This document shows positions 47,197-56,337 of a stretch of 64,000 nt of DNA, in pieces; positions within the stretch are counted from its first letter, which is position 1; each line of letters opens with the position of its first letter. This DNA comes from an uncultured Acidobacteriota bacterium. Its GTDB lineage: Bacteria > Acidobacteriota > Thermoanaerobaculia > Thermoanaerobaculales > Sulfomarinibacteraceae. The notes beneath the pieces are model-generated. The model did not search any database, was not told the origin of the DNA, and saw only the letters and a program-made list of their open reading frames with translations. The DNA lies in contig CAVQPK010000002.1 of NCBI GenBank assembly GCA_963714745.1, positions 2,464,808 through 2,528,807 on the forward strand, in the 5' to 3' direction. The translations under genes and the position numbers were made by a program.

Positions 47197-49044
47197 GTGA
47201 GCTCGCTGCTGCGGATCGCCCGTCTCGGCCGTCGTCACGCGGTCTGGCTCGCGGTCGCGGCGGCCGCGATGGTGGTCGTGGCCGGGGCGACCGTCTTCGC
47301 CTACAACCTGGTGCGTCCGATCTTCGACGAGGTGCTGGGCTCCGCCGCACCCCGAGTCGCCGGAGGCGACCTGGTGGCGAGGCTCGACGCCGGAGCGGCG
47401 GCGCTCAGGGGTCGCCTCGAGGGCGCCGGTCTGGGGCGGTGGGCGCTTCCGGTGCTCGCCGTGCTCGCCGTTGCGACCAAGGGGGCCGGGGCCCTGGTCG
47501 CGCGCTACGGGGTCGCCCGAGCCGGGCTGGCGACGCTGCGCGACCTGCGCGACCGCGCGTTCGACGCCCTCCTCGCCCAGGACCTCGGCTTCTTCCGCGA
47601 CACCCCATCGGGGGTCCTGGTCGCACGGCTCACCCATGACGTCCAGCTGCTGCACGAGGCGCTGTCCGAGCGCCTCGGGGACCTGGTCCAGGACACCCTC
47701 ACCGTGGCGGTCCTGGTGGCCTACCTGGTGTCGCTCAACGCACGGCTCGCGATCGCGACCGTGGTGGTGGCGCCGCTCCTGGTCGCGCCGGTGGTGCGCA
47801 TCGCACGCGGCCTGAGGCAGCGCTCCCGCGAGACCCAGGTGCAGGCCGGGTTGCTCGCGACCGCGGTCGACGAGGCGGTGCGCGGGATCACCGTGGTCCA
47901 GGCCTGCGGCGCCGAGGAGGCGGCCGCGGGTCGTTTCCGGGGCGAAAACGAGCGCCACTTTCGGGCCGCGCTGCGGGCGCGCGCGCTGCAGGCCCTGAAC
48001 GCACCCCTGATGGAGGTGGTGGGAGTGGCGGCGGCGCTGGCGCTGATCGCCTACGCCGGGGCCGCGATCGAGCGCGGGGCGATGACTCTCGGCGGGGTGT
48101 CGGCCTTCCTGGTCGCGGCCTACGGCGCCTACAACCCGATCAAGCGACTCAACAAGCTCAACCTGGCGCTGCAGCAGGCGGCGGTCGCGGCCGAAAGGGT
48201 GCTCGAGGTGGTCGACGCCCGGCCGCGGCTGACCGACCGGCCGGACGCGGTGGAGCTCGATGACCTCGGCGACGGGGTGGAGCTCGACCGGGTCGGCTTC
48301 ACTTACCCCGACGGCCGGGTCGCGCTCGACGGCGTCAGCCTCAGGATCCGGCGCGGCGAGACCGTGGCCCTGGTCGGCCCCTCGGGCGCGGGAAAGACGA
48401 CGGTGGCGATGCTGGTGCTGCGCTTCTGGGATCCTCAGAGCGGGGCGGTGAGGGTCGGCGGTCGCGACATCCGCGAGCTGACCCGCTCCAGTCTCCGCCG
48501 CTGTGCGGCGCTGGTCGGTCAGGAGACCACGCTGTTCCATGACACCGTGACGGCGAACATCGCGTTCGGGGATCCGGCCCCCGATTCCGACCGGGTCGAG
48601 GCCGCGGCCCGTGCCGCGCTGGCCCACGACTTCATTGTCGACCTTCCCCTCGGCTACGAGACCGTGCTCGGCTCAGACGGGCTGACCCTGTCGGGCGGGC
48701 AGCGGCAGCGGCTGGCGGTGGCGCGGGCGATCTACCGGAATCCCGAGCTGCTGGTCCTCGACGAGGCGACCTCGGCCCTGGACGCGGAGTCCGAGCGGGT
48801 GGTCGGACAGGCCCTCGAGGCGCTGATGAGCGGCCGTACGACGCTGGTGATCGCCCACCGTTCAGCGACCGTTCGCCGCGCCGACCGGGTGGTGGTGATC
48901 GAGCGGGGGAGAGTCGTGCAGGTCGGACGGCAGGACGAGCTCGCCGGGGTCGAGGGTCCCTATCGCCGGCTGCTCGAGGCCGAGCGGTCCGAGCCGAGGG
49001 CTGCAGCCTCGACTGGTCGCGATGGACAGGAGGTGACTCGATGA
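47197..49044 (+). CDS. ABC exporter, fused permease/ATPase (MsbA-like)
   Basis: It has 6 TM helices followed by an NBD: GPSGAGKTT, LSGGQRQRLAVARA, LVLDEATSALD. GTG 47197 is chosen so the gene does not overlap holC. Confidence 0.85.
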   Translation: MSSLLRIARLGRRHAVWLAVAAAAMVVVAGATVFAYNLVRPIFDEVLGSAAPRVAGGDLVARLDAGAAALRGRLEGAGLGRWALPVLAVLAVATKGAGALVARYGVARAGLATLRDLRDRAFDALLAQDLGFFRDTPSGVLVARLTHDVQLLHEALSERLGDLVQDTLTVAVLVAYLVSLNARLAIATVVVAPLLVAPVVRIARGLRQRSRETQVQAGLLATAVDEAVRGITVVQACGAEEAAAGRFRGENERHFRAALRARALQALNAPLMEVVGVAAALALIAYAGAAIERGAMTLGGVSAFLVAAYGAYNPIKRLNKLNLALQQAAVAAERVLEVVDARPRLTDRPDAVELDDLGDGVELDRVGFTYPDGRVALDGVSLRIRRGETVALVGPSGAGKTTVAMLVLRFWDPQSGAVRVGGRDIRELTRSSLRRCAALVGQETTLFHDTVTANIAFGDPAPDSDRVEAAARAALAHDFIVDLPLGYETVLGSDGLTLSGGQRQRLAVARAIYRNPELLVLDEATSALDAESERVVGQALEALMSGRTTLVIAHRSATVRRADRVVVIERGRVVQVGRQDELAGVEGPYRRLLEAERSEPRAAASTGRDGQEVTR

Positions 49045-49934
49045 CGGTTGTCAGCATGACGAGCTTCGGACGTGCGCGGGGCGAGCTGTCGCCCAGGCTC
49101 GCGGCGGCGGTGGTTCTGCGCTCGGTCAACCACCGCAACCTCGACGTGGTGGTCCGCACCTCGAGCCGCGAGGAGCTCCCGGAGCTGGAGGCCACGGTGC
49201 GGGCGGTGGTGGCCGAGGGCTTCACCAGAGGGCGGGTGACGGTCCAGATCTCCCTCGACCGCCTCGGTGGCGGCGAGGCTGCGATCCGTCTCGACCTGCC
49301 GGCTCTGGCCGGCCTGGTGGAGCAGCTGGCGTCGGTCGAGCTCCCGCCGGGGGTCGGCGCCGAGGTCGGGCTCGCCGACCTGCTCACCGTGCCCGGAGTG
49401 GTCAGCGTGCGCGGTGCGGAGACCGAGGTGTCGGCCGAGGAGCTCGAGGCGCTCGCCGAGCTGGTGCGGACGGCGGTCGTCGAGGCCGGTGCGATGCGGC
49501 GCGACGAGGGCGCCCGCCTGAGGCTCCAGCTCGACGCCGAGCTGGCTGCGGTGGAGGACTTCCTGGTCTGGCTCGAGCCGCTGCGGGCGCAGGTCCGCGA
49601 GCGGTTGTTCGAGCGCCTCACGGAACGGATCCGGGAGCTGGTCGCCGCGGCCGGCGTCGAGCCCGAACGGATCGCCCAGGAGGCGGCGCTGGCCGCCGAC
49701 CGCGCTGATGTGGCCGAGGAGGTGGTCAGGCTCTCCAGCCACCTCACCCAGTTCCGTGACCGGCTCGAGGCCGGTGGGCCCGTCGGACGGGCGTTGGACT
49801 TCCTGTGCCAGGAGATCCACCGGGAGCTCAACACGCTGGGTGCGAAGTGCCGGGAGGCCGGGGTGGCGGAACGCCTGGTGGACGCCAAGACCGCGACCGA
49901 GCGGCTGCGGGAGCAGGTCCAGAATCTCGAGTGA
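49041..49934 (+). CDS. yicC: YicC/YloC-family protein
   Basis: ATG overlaps the upstream stop (ATGA). N-terminus MTSFGRA. The C-terminus is DVAEEVVRLSSHL...LDFLCQEIHRELNTLGAK...REQVQNLE. Confidence 0.85.
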   Translation: MTVVSMTSFGRARGELSPRLAAAVVLRSVNHRNLDVVVRTSSREELPELEATVRAVVAEGFTRGRVTVQISLDRLGGGEAAIRLDLPALAGLVEQLASVELPPGVGAEVGLADLLTVPGVVSVRGAETEVSAEELEALAELVRTAVVEAGAMRRDEGARLRLQLDAELAAVEDFLVWLEPLRAQVRERLFERLTERIRELVAAAGVEPERIAQEAALAADRADVAEEVVRLSSHLTQFRDRLEAGGPVGRALDFLCQEIHRELNTLGAKCREAGVAERLVDAKTATERLREQVQNLE

Positions 49935-50020
49935 GGGCGACCCAGCCACGGTGCGCGTAGAATGTGGCCACCGATGAACCATGGGTCGAACTCGTTCGCC
50001 TTCGGTCGCCAGGAGAATCG

Positions 50021-51625
50021 GTGAGACCGAGGACCCGGCTGCGGATCCGCATCGCGCGCTACCTCGCCTTCGTGGTGGTGGTCACCCTGCTCGCCACCGC
50101 GGCAGTGGTGGTGGTCCTGCGCCAGCACTCGTTGGTCTCCGCGATGGAACGCTCGGCCCGGACCTATGCCGCGCTGGTCTCGGTGCCGCTCGCCGACGCG
50201 GTGGAACGATACCGGACCAGCGGCCACCAGATCCTCCGCCAGCGGGTCGGCACCCTGATGGAGCTCAATCAGGACGTGGTCAGGCTCGAGGTGGTGGACG
50301 TCCGGGGCAGCGTCGTCCTGCGCGCCGACCGTGAGCGGGTCGAGATCTTCCCGGACGAGGCGAGCGCGCCCCGGATCGAGGACCCTGAGCTGTACGGGCG
50401 GCTCCGCGAGCTCGAGCTGGACGCGCGGCGCATCACCCTCTCCGGCACCGGTCGCGTCTACCGGGTTGTCGCCCCCGCGGTCGAGGACTGGGGCCGCCAC
50501 GCGTTCACTCTGGTCGTCGACCTGAGCTACCGCAGCGTCACCCGGGAGCTGCTCGGGGTGGTCGCGGTCATGAGCGGCCTGCTGCTGGTCGGCCTGATGG
50601 TCGCGGATCGGGTCTCGGTGGCGCTCGCAGGCACCATCACCCAGGGGGTCGACCGGCTGTCGGCCGGTGTGCACCGCATCCAGGAGGGCTTCCTCGACGA
50701 GCGGGTCGCGGTCGCCTCGAACGACGAGATCGAGGAGCTGGCCGAGGCCTTCAACTCGATGGCCGGGCAGCTGTCGCGGACCATCGACGAGCTGCGCGCC
50801 GCCAACCGCGAGCTCGAGTCCCTCGACCAGGCGAAGGCGGACCTGGTCGCCAACGTCTCGCACGAGCTCAAGACGCCCCTGACCGCGCTGCGCGGCTACC
50901 TCGAGCTGCTCGCCGACGGCGATCTCGGCCAGACCAGCCCCGAGGCGGACCGCGCGATCGAGGTCTGTCTGAAGAACGTCCGTCGCCTGAGCCTCCGGAT
51001 CGAGGAGCTGGTGGAGCTGTCCCGGCTCGAGAAGAACGGCCTGCCGGCGCTGGTGATGGACACGGTCCACCTCGGTCGGCTGCTGCACGGGGTGGTCGAG
51101 ACCATGCTGCCTCGCCTCGAGGAGGCGGGTCTGGTGTGCTCCCTGAACCTCGCCACCGACCTGCCGGTGATCACCGCCTCGGCCGAGCACCTCGAGCGGA
51201 TCTTCCTGAACCTGCTCGACAACGCGGTCAAGTTCACGCCGTCGGGAGGAGTGATCAGAATCGCGGCCGAGCCGTCGATCCACGAGGGCCGCGGGGGCGT
51301 GCTGGTGAGGGTCGCGGACACCGGAGTCGGCATCCCTCCGGGGGAGCAGGTCCGGGTCTTCGACCGCTTCTATCAGGTCGACCCGAGCGCACGCCGCAAG
51401 TACGGCGGCATGGGGCTCGGTCTGTCGTTGGTGCGATCGATCGTCGAAGCTCATCGTGGGGCGGTCTGGGTCGCCAGCGAGACCGGACGAGGTTCGACCT
51501 TCTTCGTCTGGCTGCCCGATCGGGCGCGTGACAGCTCCTCGAGTGGACGGCACTCCCCGGTCCGCTCCCCCGCCTCTGGTACACTGGGCCGCCCGGGCAC
51601 GGCGGAGGCGGTGAGCGAGTCGTGA
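50021..51625 (+). CDS. sensor histidine kinase (TM, HAMP, HisKA, HATPase_c)
   Basis: GTG 50021 lies behind AGGAG. HAMP region: ...DEIEELAEAFNSMAGQL. H-box: VANVSHELKTPLTAL. N/G boxes: LNLLDNAVKF, DTGVGI, GMGLGLS. Confidence 0.9.
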   Translation: MRPRTRLRIRIARYLAFVVVVTLLATAAVVVVLRQHSLVSAMERSARTYAALVSVPLADAVERYRTSGHQILRQRVGTLMELNQDVVRLEVVDVRGSVVLRADRERVEIFPDEASAPRIEDPELYGRLRELELDARRITLSGTGRVYRVVAPAVEDWGRHAFTLVVDLSYRSVTRELLGVVAVMSGLLLVGLMVADRVSVALAGTITQGVDRLSAGVHRIQEGFLDERVAVASNDEIEELAEAFNSMAGQLSRTIDELRAANRELESLDQAKADLVANVSHELKTPLTALRGYLELLADGDLGQTSPEADRAIEVCLKNVRRLSLRIEELVELSRLEKNGLPALVMDTVHLGRLLHGVVETMLPRLEEAGLVCSLNLATDLPVITASAEHLERIFLNLLDNAVKFTPSGGVIRIAAEPSIHEGRGGVLVRVADTGVGIPPGEQVRVFDRFYQVDPSARRKYGGMGLGLSLVRSIVEAHRGAVWVASETGRGSTFFVWLPDRARDSSSSGRHSPVRSPASGTLGRPGTAEAVSES

Positions 51626-52011
51626 AGCGCATCTTCGTAGTGGATGACGAGCCCGATGTCGTCGAGCTCCTCCAGACGATCCTCCAGGCCGCCGGCTTCG
51701 AGGTCGAGGTGGCGACCGACGGCCGGTCGGCTCTCGCACGCCTGCTCGCCAAGCCCGCCGACCTCCTGGTGCTCGACCTGATGATGCCCGATCTCGACGG
51801 GTTCGAGCTGCTCAAGCTGCTGCGCCTCGACCCCCGGGCGGCGGCGATGCCGGTGCTGATCGTATCCGCCCGGACCGGCCAGCAGGACCAGATCGAGAGC
51901 CTCCAGCTCGGCGCCAACGCCTACCTGTGCAAACCTTTCTCTCCCCGCGACCTGGTGCGCCAGACGCGGTCGCTGCTCGGGATCGAGGAGGGGAGCGGGG
52001 AGCGTGCCTGA
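51622..52011 (+). CDS. single-domain response regulator
   Basis: GTG overlaps the kinase stop (GTGA). Motifs: IFVVDDEPD, DLLVLDLMMPDLDG, PVLIVSA, YLCKPF. Confidence 0.9.
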   Translation: MKRIFVVDDEPDVVELLQTILQAAGFEVEVATDGRSALARLLAKPADLLVLDLMMPDLDGFELLKLLRLDPRAAAMPVLIVSARTGQQDQIESLQLGANAYLCKPFSPRDLVRQTRSLLGIEEGSGERA

Positions 52012-53269
52012 CGAGCCGGTCGCCAGCAACGAGGTCGAGCTGCAGACCACGTTGCTTCGCTACCGGGCGAGCCTCTTCGACCCGGTCACCCAGCTGCCGA
52101 CCCTCGCCTTCGTGCTCGACCGGGTGCGTCGGATGCTGGACGAGCGCGACACGGTTCACGTGCTCCTGCTGCGCATCGAGCAGGAGCAGAACCTGGAAGC
52201 GATGCTCGGGTGGGAGCGCTACGACAGCCTGCTGCGGGCGGTCGCCGACTACCTGCGGGAGCTGCTCAGCCTGGGGCGGCCCGATGCAGCGATCGTGTGC
52301 CAGGACAACGTCCGCGGCGACCACTTCCTGATCTTCTCCTCGGACGGGCGGGAGAACGTGCGGCTGGCGGGGCTGCTCGGAGAGCCGCTGACCGTGGCGG
52401 GCGACGACGGCGGCGAGCCGCTGACCCTCACCCTCAGGGTCGGCCAGGGCGGCGTGCGACGGCGCGCCGCGCAGCGGATCGAACGCTGTATCTACGCCGG
52501 CATCTCACTTGCCCGGGAGGACTTCGATCGGCGTGGCGAAGCCTTGGACAGAGGCCGGCGGGCTGAGCTCCAGCGAATCGTCTCCGAACGCGCCATCACG
52601 ACCCTGTTCCAGCCGATCTTCCGCATGCCGCAACGCACCGTCGTCGGCTACGAGGCGCTGTCGAGGGGGCCCGCAGGGAGCTACCTCGAGGCCGCCGAGA
52701 ATCTGTTCGGCTTCACCGAGCGCGCCGGCATGATGGGCGACGTCGAGCAGCTGTGCGTCGAGCGTGCCCTGGGCTGCGCCCACCGTCTCCCGCTCGGGGC
52801 AACGGTCTTCTTGAATCTCTCGTTCGCCGGGATCGAGCACCTCGAGTCGGAACTGCCGGGCCTGTCCGGATTGGTCCGGCAGGCGGGCTGGTCACCCCGG
52901 GAGTTCGTCATCGAGATTACCGAGCGAACCTACGCGGAGAACCCCGAGAGCGTCAAGAAACGGCTCAAGACGCTGCGCGAGCAGGGTTTTCGGATCGCAA
53001 TCGACGACATGGGCACGGGCTACAGCTCGCTCAACGCAGTCGCGGACCTCAAGCCGGACTACATCAAGCTCGACCAGATGCTGGTGCGTGATCTCGCCAA
53101 CGAGCCCATCAAGCGCAACCTGGTCTCGGCGATCACCGGGTTCGCCCATACCAGCCAGGCGCAGGTCATCGCCGAAGGCGTCGAGCGCCAGGAGGAGGCG
53201 AGCGTGCTCCAGAGCCTCGGCGTCCACCTCCTGCAGGGCTTCTTCCTCGGCCACCCGAGGGCGTTCTAG
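52004..53269 (+). CDS. degenerate GGDEF - EAL protein (putative c-di-GMP phosphodiesterase)
   Basis: The GGDEF site is replaced by RGDHF. EAL motifs are intact: FQPIF, YEALSRG, EITER, IAIDDMGTGYSSL, IKLDQMLV, VIAEGVE, QGFFLGHP. An 8-nt overlap with the receiver gene. Confidence 0.9.
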   Translation: MPDEPVASNEVELQTTLLRYRASLFDPVTQLPTLAFVLDRVRRMLDERDTVHVLLLRIEQEQNLEAMLGWERYDSLLRAVADYLRELLSLGRPDAAIVCQDNVRGDHFLIFSSDGRENVRLAGLLGEPLTVAGDDGGEPLTLTLRVGQGGVRRRAAQRIERCIYAGISLAREDFDRRGEALDRGRRAELQRIVSERAITTLFQPIFRMPQRTVVGYEALSRGPAGSYLEAAENLFGFTERAGMMGDVEQLCVERALGCAHRLPLGATVFLNLSFAGIEHLESELPGLSGLVRQAGWSPREFVIEITERTYAENPESVKKRLKTLREQGFRIAIDDMGTGYSSLNAVADLKPDYIKLDQMLVRDLANEPIKRNLVSAITGFAHTSQAQVIAEGVERQEEASVLQSLGVHLLQGFFLGHPRAF

Positions 53270-53297
53270 CTCGCGGAGTGCAGAGGTTCCCGAGACG

Positions 53298-53322
53298 CCG
53301 ACGGTTGCGTGGCGACCGTCGG
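53298..53322. terminator. hairpin between convergent EAL and mgtE genes
   Basis: CCGACGGT-9 nt-ACCGTCGG forms an 8-bp stem. Confidence 0.4.
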
Positions 53323-53323
53323 T

Positions 53324-54681
53324 TCAGGCGACCAGGAGCAGGATCGCGGTTGCGGTGGTGAAGTAGACGGTCAGGGCCAACGAGTCGTTGATGGTCGAGA
53401 CCAGGGGGCCCGAGGCCACCGCCGGGTCGATGCCGAACAGGTCGAGCACGATCGGCATCGCGGCGCCCAACAGGCTGGCCGCCGACATCCCGAACGCCAT
53501 CGCGACTCCGAGCGCGAGCCCGATCAGCGGGTTGTGCCCGAACAGGAGCGCGAAGCCGGTGGCGACGACCCCGCAGACCGCCCCCATGAGGAGCGCCACC
53601 ACCACCTCGCGCATCACGTGACGGAAGAACCGCGTGCGGGGCAGGGTGTCGAGGGCGAGCCGGCGCACGGTGGTGGTGGAGGATTGGAGCGAGGTGTTGC
53701 CGGCCATGGCCATGATGGCGGCGGTGAAGACCGAGACCTGGGCGTAGAGCGTCACCCGTTGCTGGGCCACGACCTGGACCAGGGTCGAGAGCTGGGTTCC
53801 GATCAGGCAGATCAGCAGCCACGGCAGGCGGTAGCGTGCGATGTGGAGGATCGACTCGGACTCCTCCTCCTCGGCCGACGAGCCGGCCATCTTGTAGATG
53901 TCCTCGGTGGCCTCCTCGGCGATGACGTCGAGCACGTCGTCGACCGTCACCGCCCCGAGCAGGCGTCCCCTCGCGTCGACCACCGGAAGGGCCATGAAGT
54001 CGTACTTGTCGACCAGGTCCGCCGCCTCTTCCTGGTCGGCCTCGACCCGGACCGAGATGACGTCGGTCTCCATGACGTCACCGAGGCGGACCTCCGGGCG
54101 AGTCGTGACCAGCTGGCGGAGGCGCACGACCCCCAGCAGCCGTCCGCCGTCGTCGACCACGTAGACCGCCGCGGTGACGGTGTCGGGGTCGATGGTGCGC
54201 ATGTGGCGGATCGGCGTCGTCGACGGTGGCGCCGGCCGGCAGCGCCACCACCTCGGGGTTCATGATCCCGCCCGCGGTGTCCTCGGGATAACGCAGCAGA
54301 CCGCGGAGCACGCGTTCGTCGTCGCGGGCGATCCGGCCGAGGACGGCCTCTCCGTCCTCCTTCTCCAGCTCTCCGATGAGGTCGGCCGCCTCGTCGAGCC
54401 GGCATCGCCTCGGCGATTCGGGCGAGCCGGTCGGTGTCGAGGTCCTCGACCAGCTCAGCGCGGATCGACGGGCTCGCGTCGGCCAGCACCACGCCCGCGG
54501 CGCTGTGGTCGAGGGCGCTCAGGATGCGTTGGCGATCGTCCGGCTGGAGCAGGTCGAGCCACTCCGCGATGTCCTCGGGGCGGACCAGGCGCAGGAAGAT
54601 CTCCAGCGCTCCCTCCTCGCCTTCGACGAGCAGCGCGTGCAGCTCCTGGAGGAGCTCTTCAGCGGCGGTCGGATCGGCCAT
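53324..54681 (-). pseudogene. mgtE: magnesium transporter MgtE, two frame breaks in this assembly
   Basis: The N domain (MADPTAAEELLQEL...RLARIAEAMP) is in frame 0. The piece LDEAADLIGELEKEDGEAVLGRIARDDERVLRGLLRYPEDTAGGIMNPEVVALPAGATVDDA is in frame 2. The piece IRHMRTIDPDTVTAAVYVVDD...CBS pair...TM domain (...GIDPAVASGPLVSTINDS...) is in frame 1. Breaks are near 54400 and 54212. Confidence 0.88.
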
Positions 54682-54709
54682 TGCACTCCCGGCGGAGAAT
54701 CATACACCT

Positions 54710-54765
54710 CGATTCTGGCACCGAGACCGGGTCGCCCGAGCGACCCGGTCTCGGTGCCAGAATCG
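54710..54765. other. 56-nt perfect hairpin (26-bp stem, 4-nt loop) in the pilT-mgtE spacer
   Basis: cgattctggcaccgagaccgggtcgc-ccga-gcgacccggtctcggtgccagaatcg. The arms were verified base by base as exact reverse complements. It ends 29 nt upstream of the mgtE ATG. Confidence 0.7.
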
Positions 54766-54768
54766 AAA

Positions 54769-54791
54769 GCGGCGGAGCTGCGCTCCGCCGC
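54769..54791. other. 9-bp GC hairpin
   Basis: The sequence is GCGGCGGAG-ctgcg-CTCCGCCGC. Confidence 0.5.
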
Positions 54792-54834
54792 CCGCGCTTC
54801 TCGTCGGTCCAGCCGACGGAAAACGCGGCACGTC

Positions 54835-54865
54835 AGATCGCCCGGAGCACGGCTCCGGGCGATCT
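54835..54865 (-). terminator. 14-bp hairpin overlapping the pilT stop codon
   Basis: agatcgcccggagc-acg-gctccgggcgatct has perfect arms. The pilT stop (TAG) is at 54866-54864. Confidence 0.5.
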
Positions 54866-56337
54866 AACGTTTGAAGAAACCTGACGAGGGCGTTTTGCTC
54901 CCCTGGCCGCTGAGGCGGGCGTTGAGCTCCCGGATCCGCTCGTTGAGCGCCGCGATCTTCTGGTTCGACTCGTCCCGCACCCTCTGAGTCTCGGCCTGGG
55001 CCTGCTCGACCAGGCGCCGCATGTCGTCGGAGCCGCCGGCCGACTCGTCGAGGCGGCGCCGGAGGTCGGTGACCTCCCCGTCGAGGGCGGTGATCTGCTC
55101 GTCCTTCTCGGCCAGCTTGGACCGGTGGCGCTCCTCGATCTCCTCGTAGAGCTTCTTGATCTCCAGCAGCTCGGTGATCTGAGAAAAGTCAGCGGGTGAC
55201 GGGGCCATGACGCCCTCCCGGAACTGCTCCTCGATCTCGGGAACAGCTTGCGCAGCTTGAGCGAGAGGTCCTCGGGGTCGGCCGAGGCCTGCATCGCCTT
55301 CTCGTAGTTGATCGACGCTGTTGGCGAGCAGCGCGATCAGCGACTGGTTCATGGTCTGCATGCGGTAGTAGGTGACCGAGTTCTCGATCTCCTCGTGGAT
55401 CTCCTTGATCTCGCCCTCCTCGATGTGCTTGGAGATCTTGGGCGAGTTGACGAGGATCTCGACCGCGGCGATCAGTCCGCTGCCGTCCCGACGCTCGACC
55501 AGCTTCATCGAGACGATCGCCCGCAGCACCAGGGCGAGCTGCCCGCGGACCTGCTCCTGCTGGTCGACCGGGAAGGTGTCGATGATGCGGTCGATCGTCT
55601 GCGCCGGCGGTGTTGGTGTGCAGGGTCGAGAACACGAGGTGGCCGGTCTCGGCCGCGGTGATCGCGGTCGGCATCGTCTCCAGGTCGCGCATCTCGCCGA
55701 CCATGATCACGTCCGGGTCCTGCCGCATGCAGTTGCGGAGCGCCTCGTGGAAGGTCGGGGTGTCGGTCCCGACCTCGCGCTGGGAGACGGTCGCCGATGT
55801 CGTCCGAGAACAGGAACTCGATCGGGTCCTCGATCGGTGACGACGTGCACGACCGGGTCTTCGTGAGGCGCCGTGATGATCGCCGCCAGCGTCGTCGACT
55901 TGCCGGAGCCGGTCGGACCGGTGACCAGCACGAGGCCGGCCGGGTAGTCGGTGAAGGTGTCGATGACGTCGGGCAGGTTGAGCTGCTCGACGCTCTTGAT
56001 CTCGAACGGGATCCGCCGGAAGACCGCCGGCCATCGTCCCGCGCTGCAGGAAGATGTTGCAGCGGAACCGGGCGATTCCCGGCACGCCGTAGCCGATGTC
56101 GACGGCCTGCCGGGCTTCGTACTTCTGCTGCTGGGCCGGCGTCAGGATCGTCATGAGCATCTCCTCGACCTCGGTGGGCTGGAGCGGGTTGGCCTTGATC
56201 GGGATCAGCCGTCCGCCGATGCGGAGCAGCGGCGGCCGCATCGGCTTCAGGTGGAGGTCCGACGCCCCTTTGCGGGTCATGAACATGAGAAGCTCGTTGA
56301 GCTCCAATCCTCCGCCCCTCCGCACAGACTCTAACAT
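54864..56337 (-). pseudogene. pilT: type IV pilus retraction ATPase PilT-like with ~125-aa C-terminal coiled-coil extension; six frame breaks in this assembly
   Basis: The pieces ...[18 protein letters not shown]...[15 protein letters not shown] / [50 protein letters not shown]...HVVT / [15 protein letters not shown] / [61 protein letters not shown] / [27 protein letters not shown]...[19 protein letters not shown] / [25 protein letters not shown] / EIEEQF...GFFKR* lie in alternating frames. Confidence 0.85.

Noticed and set aside
48632-51739. A 1035-aa minus-strand ORF.
   Set aside because: It is antisense to the MsbA-like, yicC and HAMP-kinase genes, which have clear catalytic motifs. Its composition is R/S/P-rich with no motifs.
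54682-54863. An M-box (ykoK) Mg2+ riboswitch in the mgtE leader.
   Set aside because: I could not recognise the conserved M-box core sequences by eye. The region is dominated by simple perfect hairpins, unlike the multi-helix M-box. A covariance-model scan is still needed to be sure.
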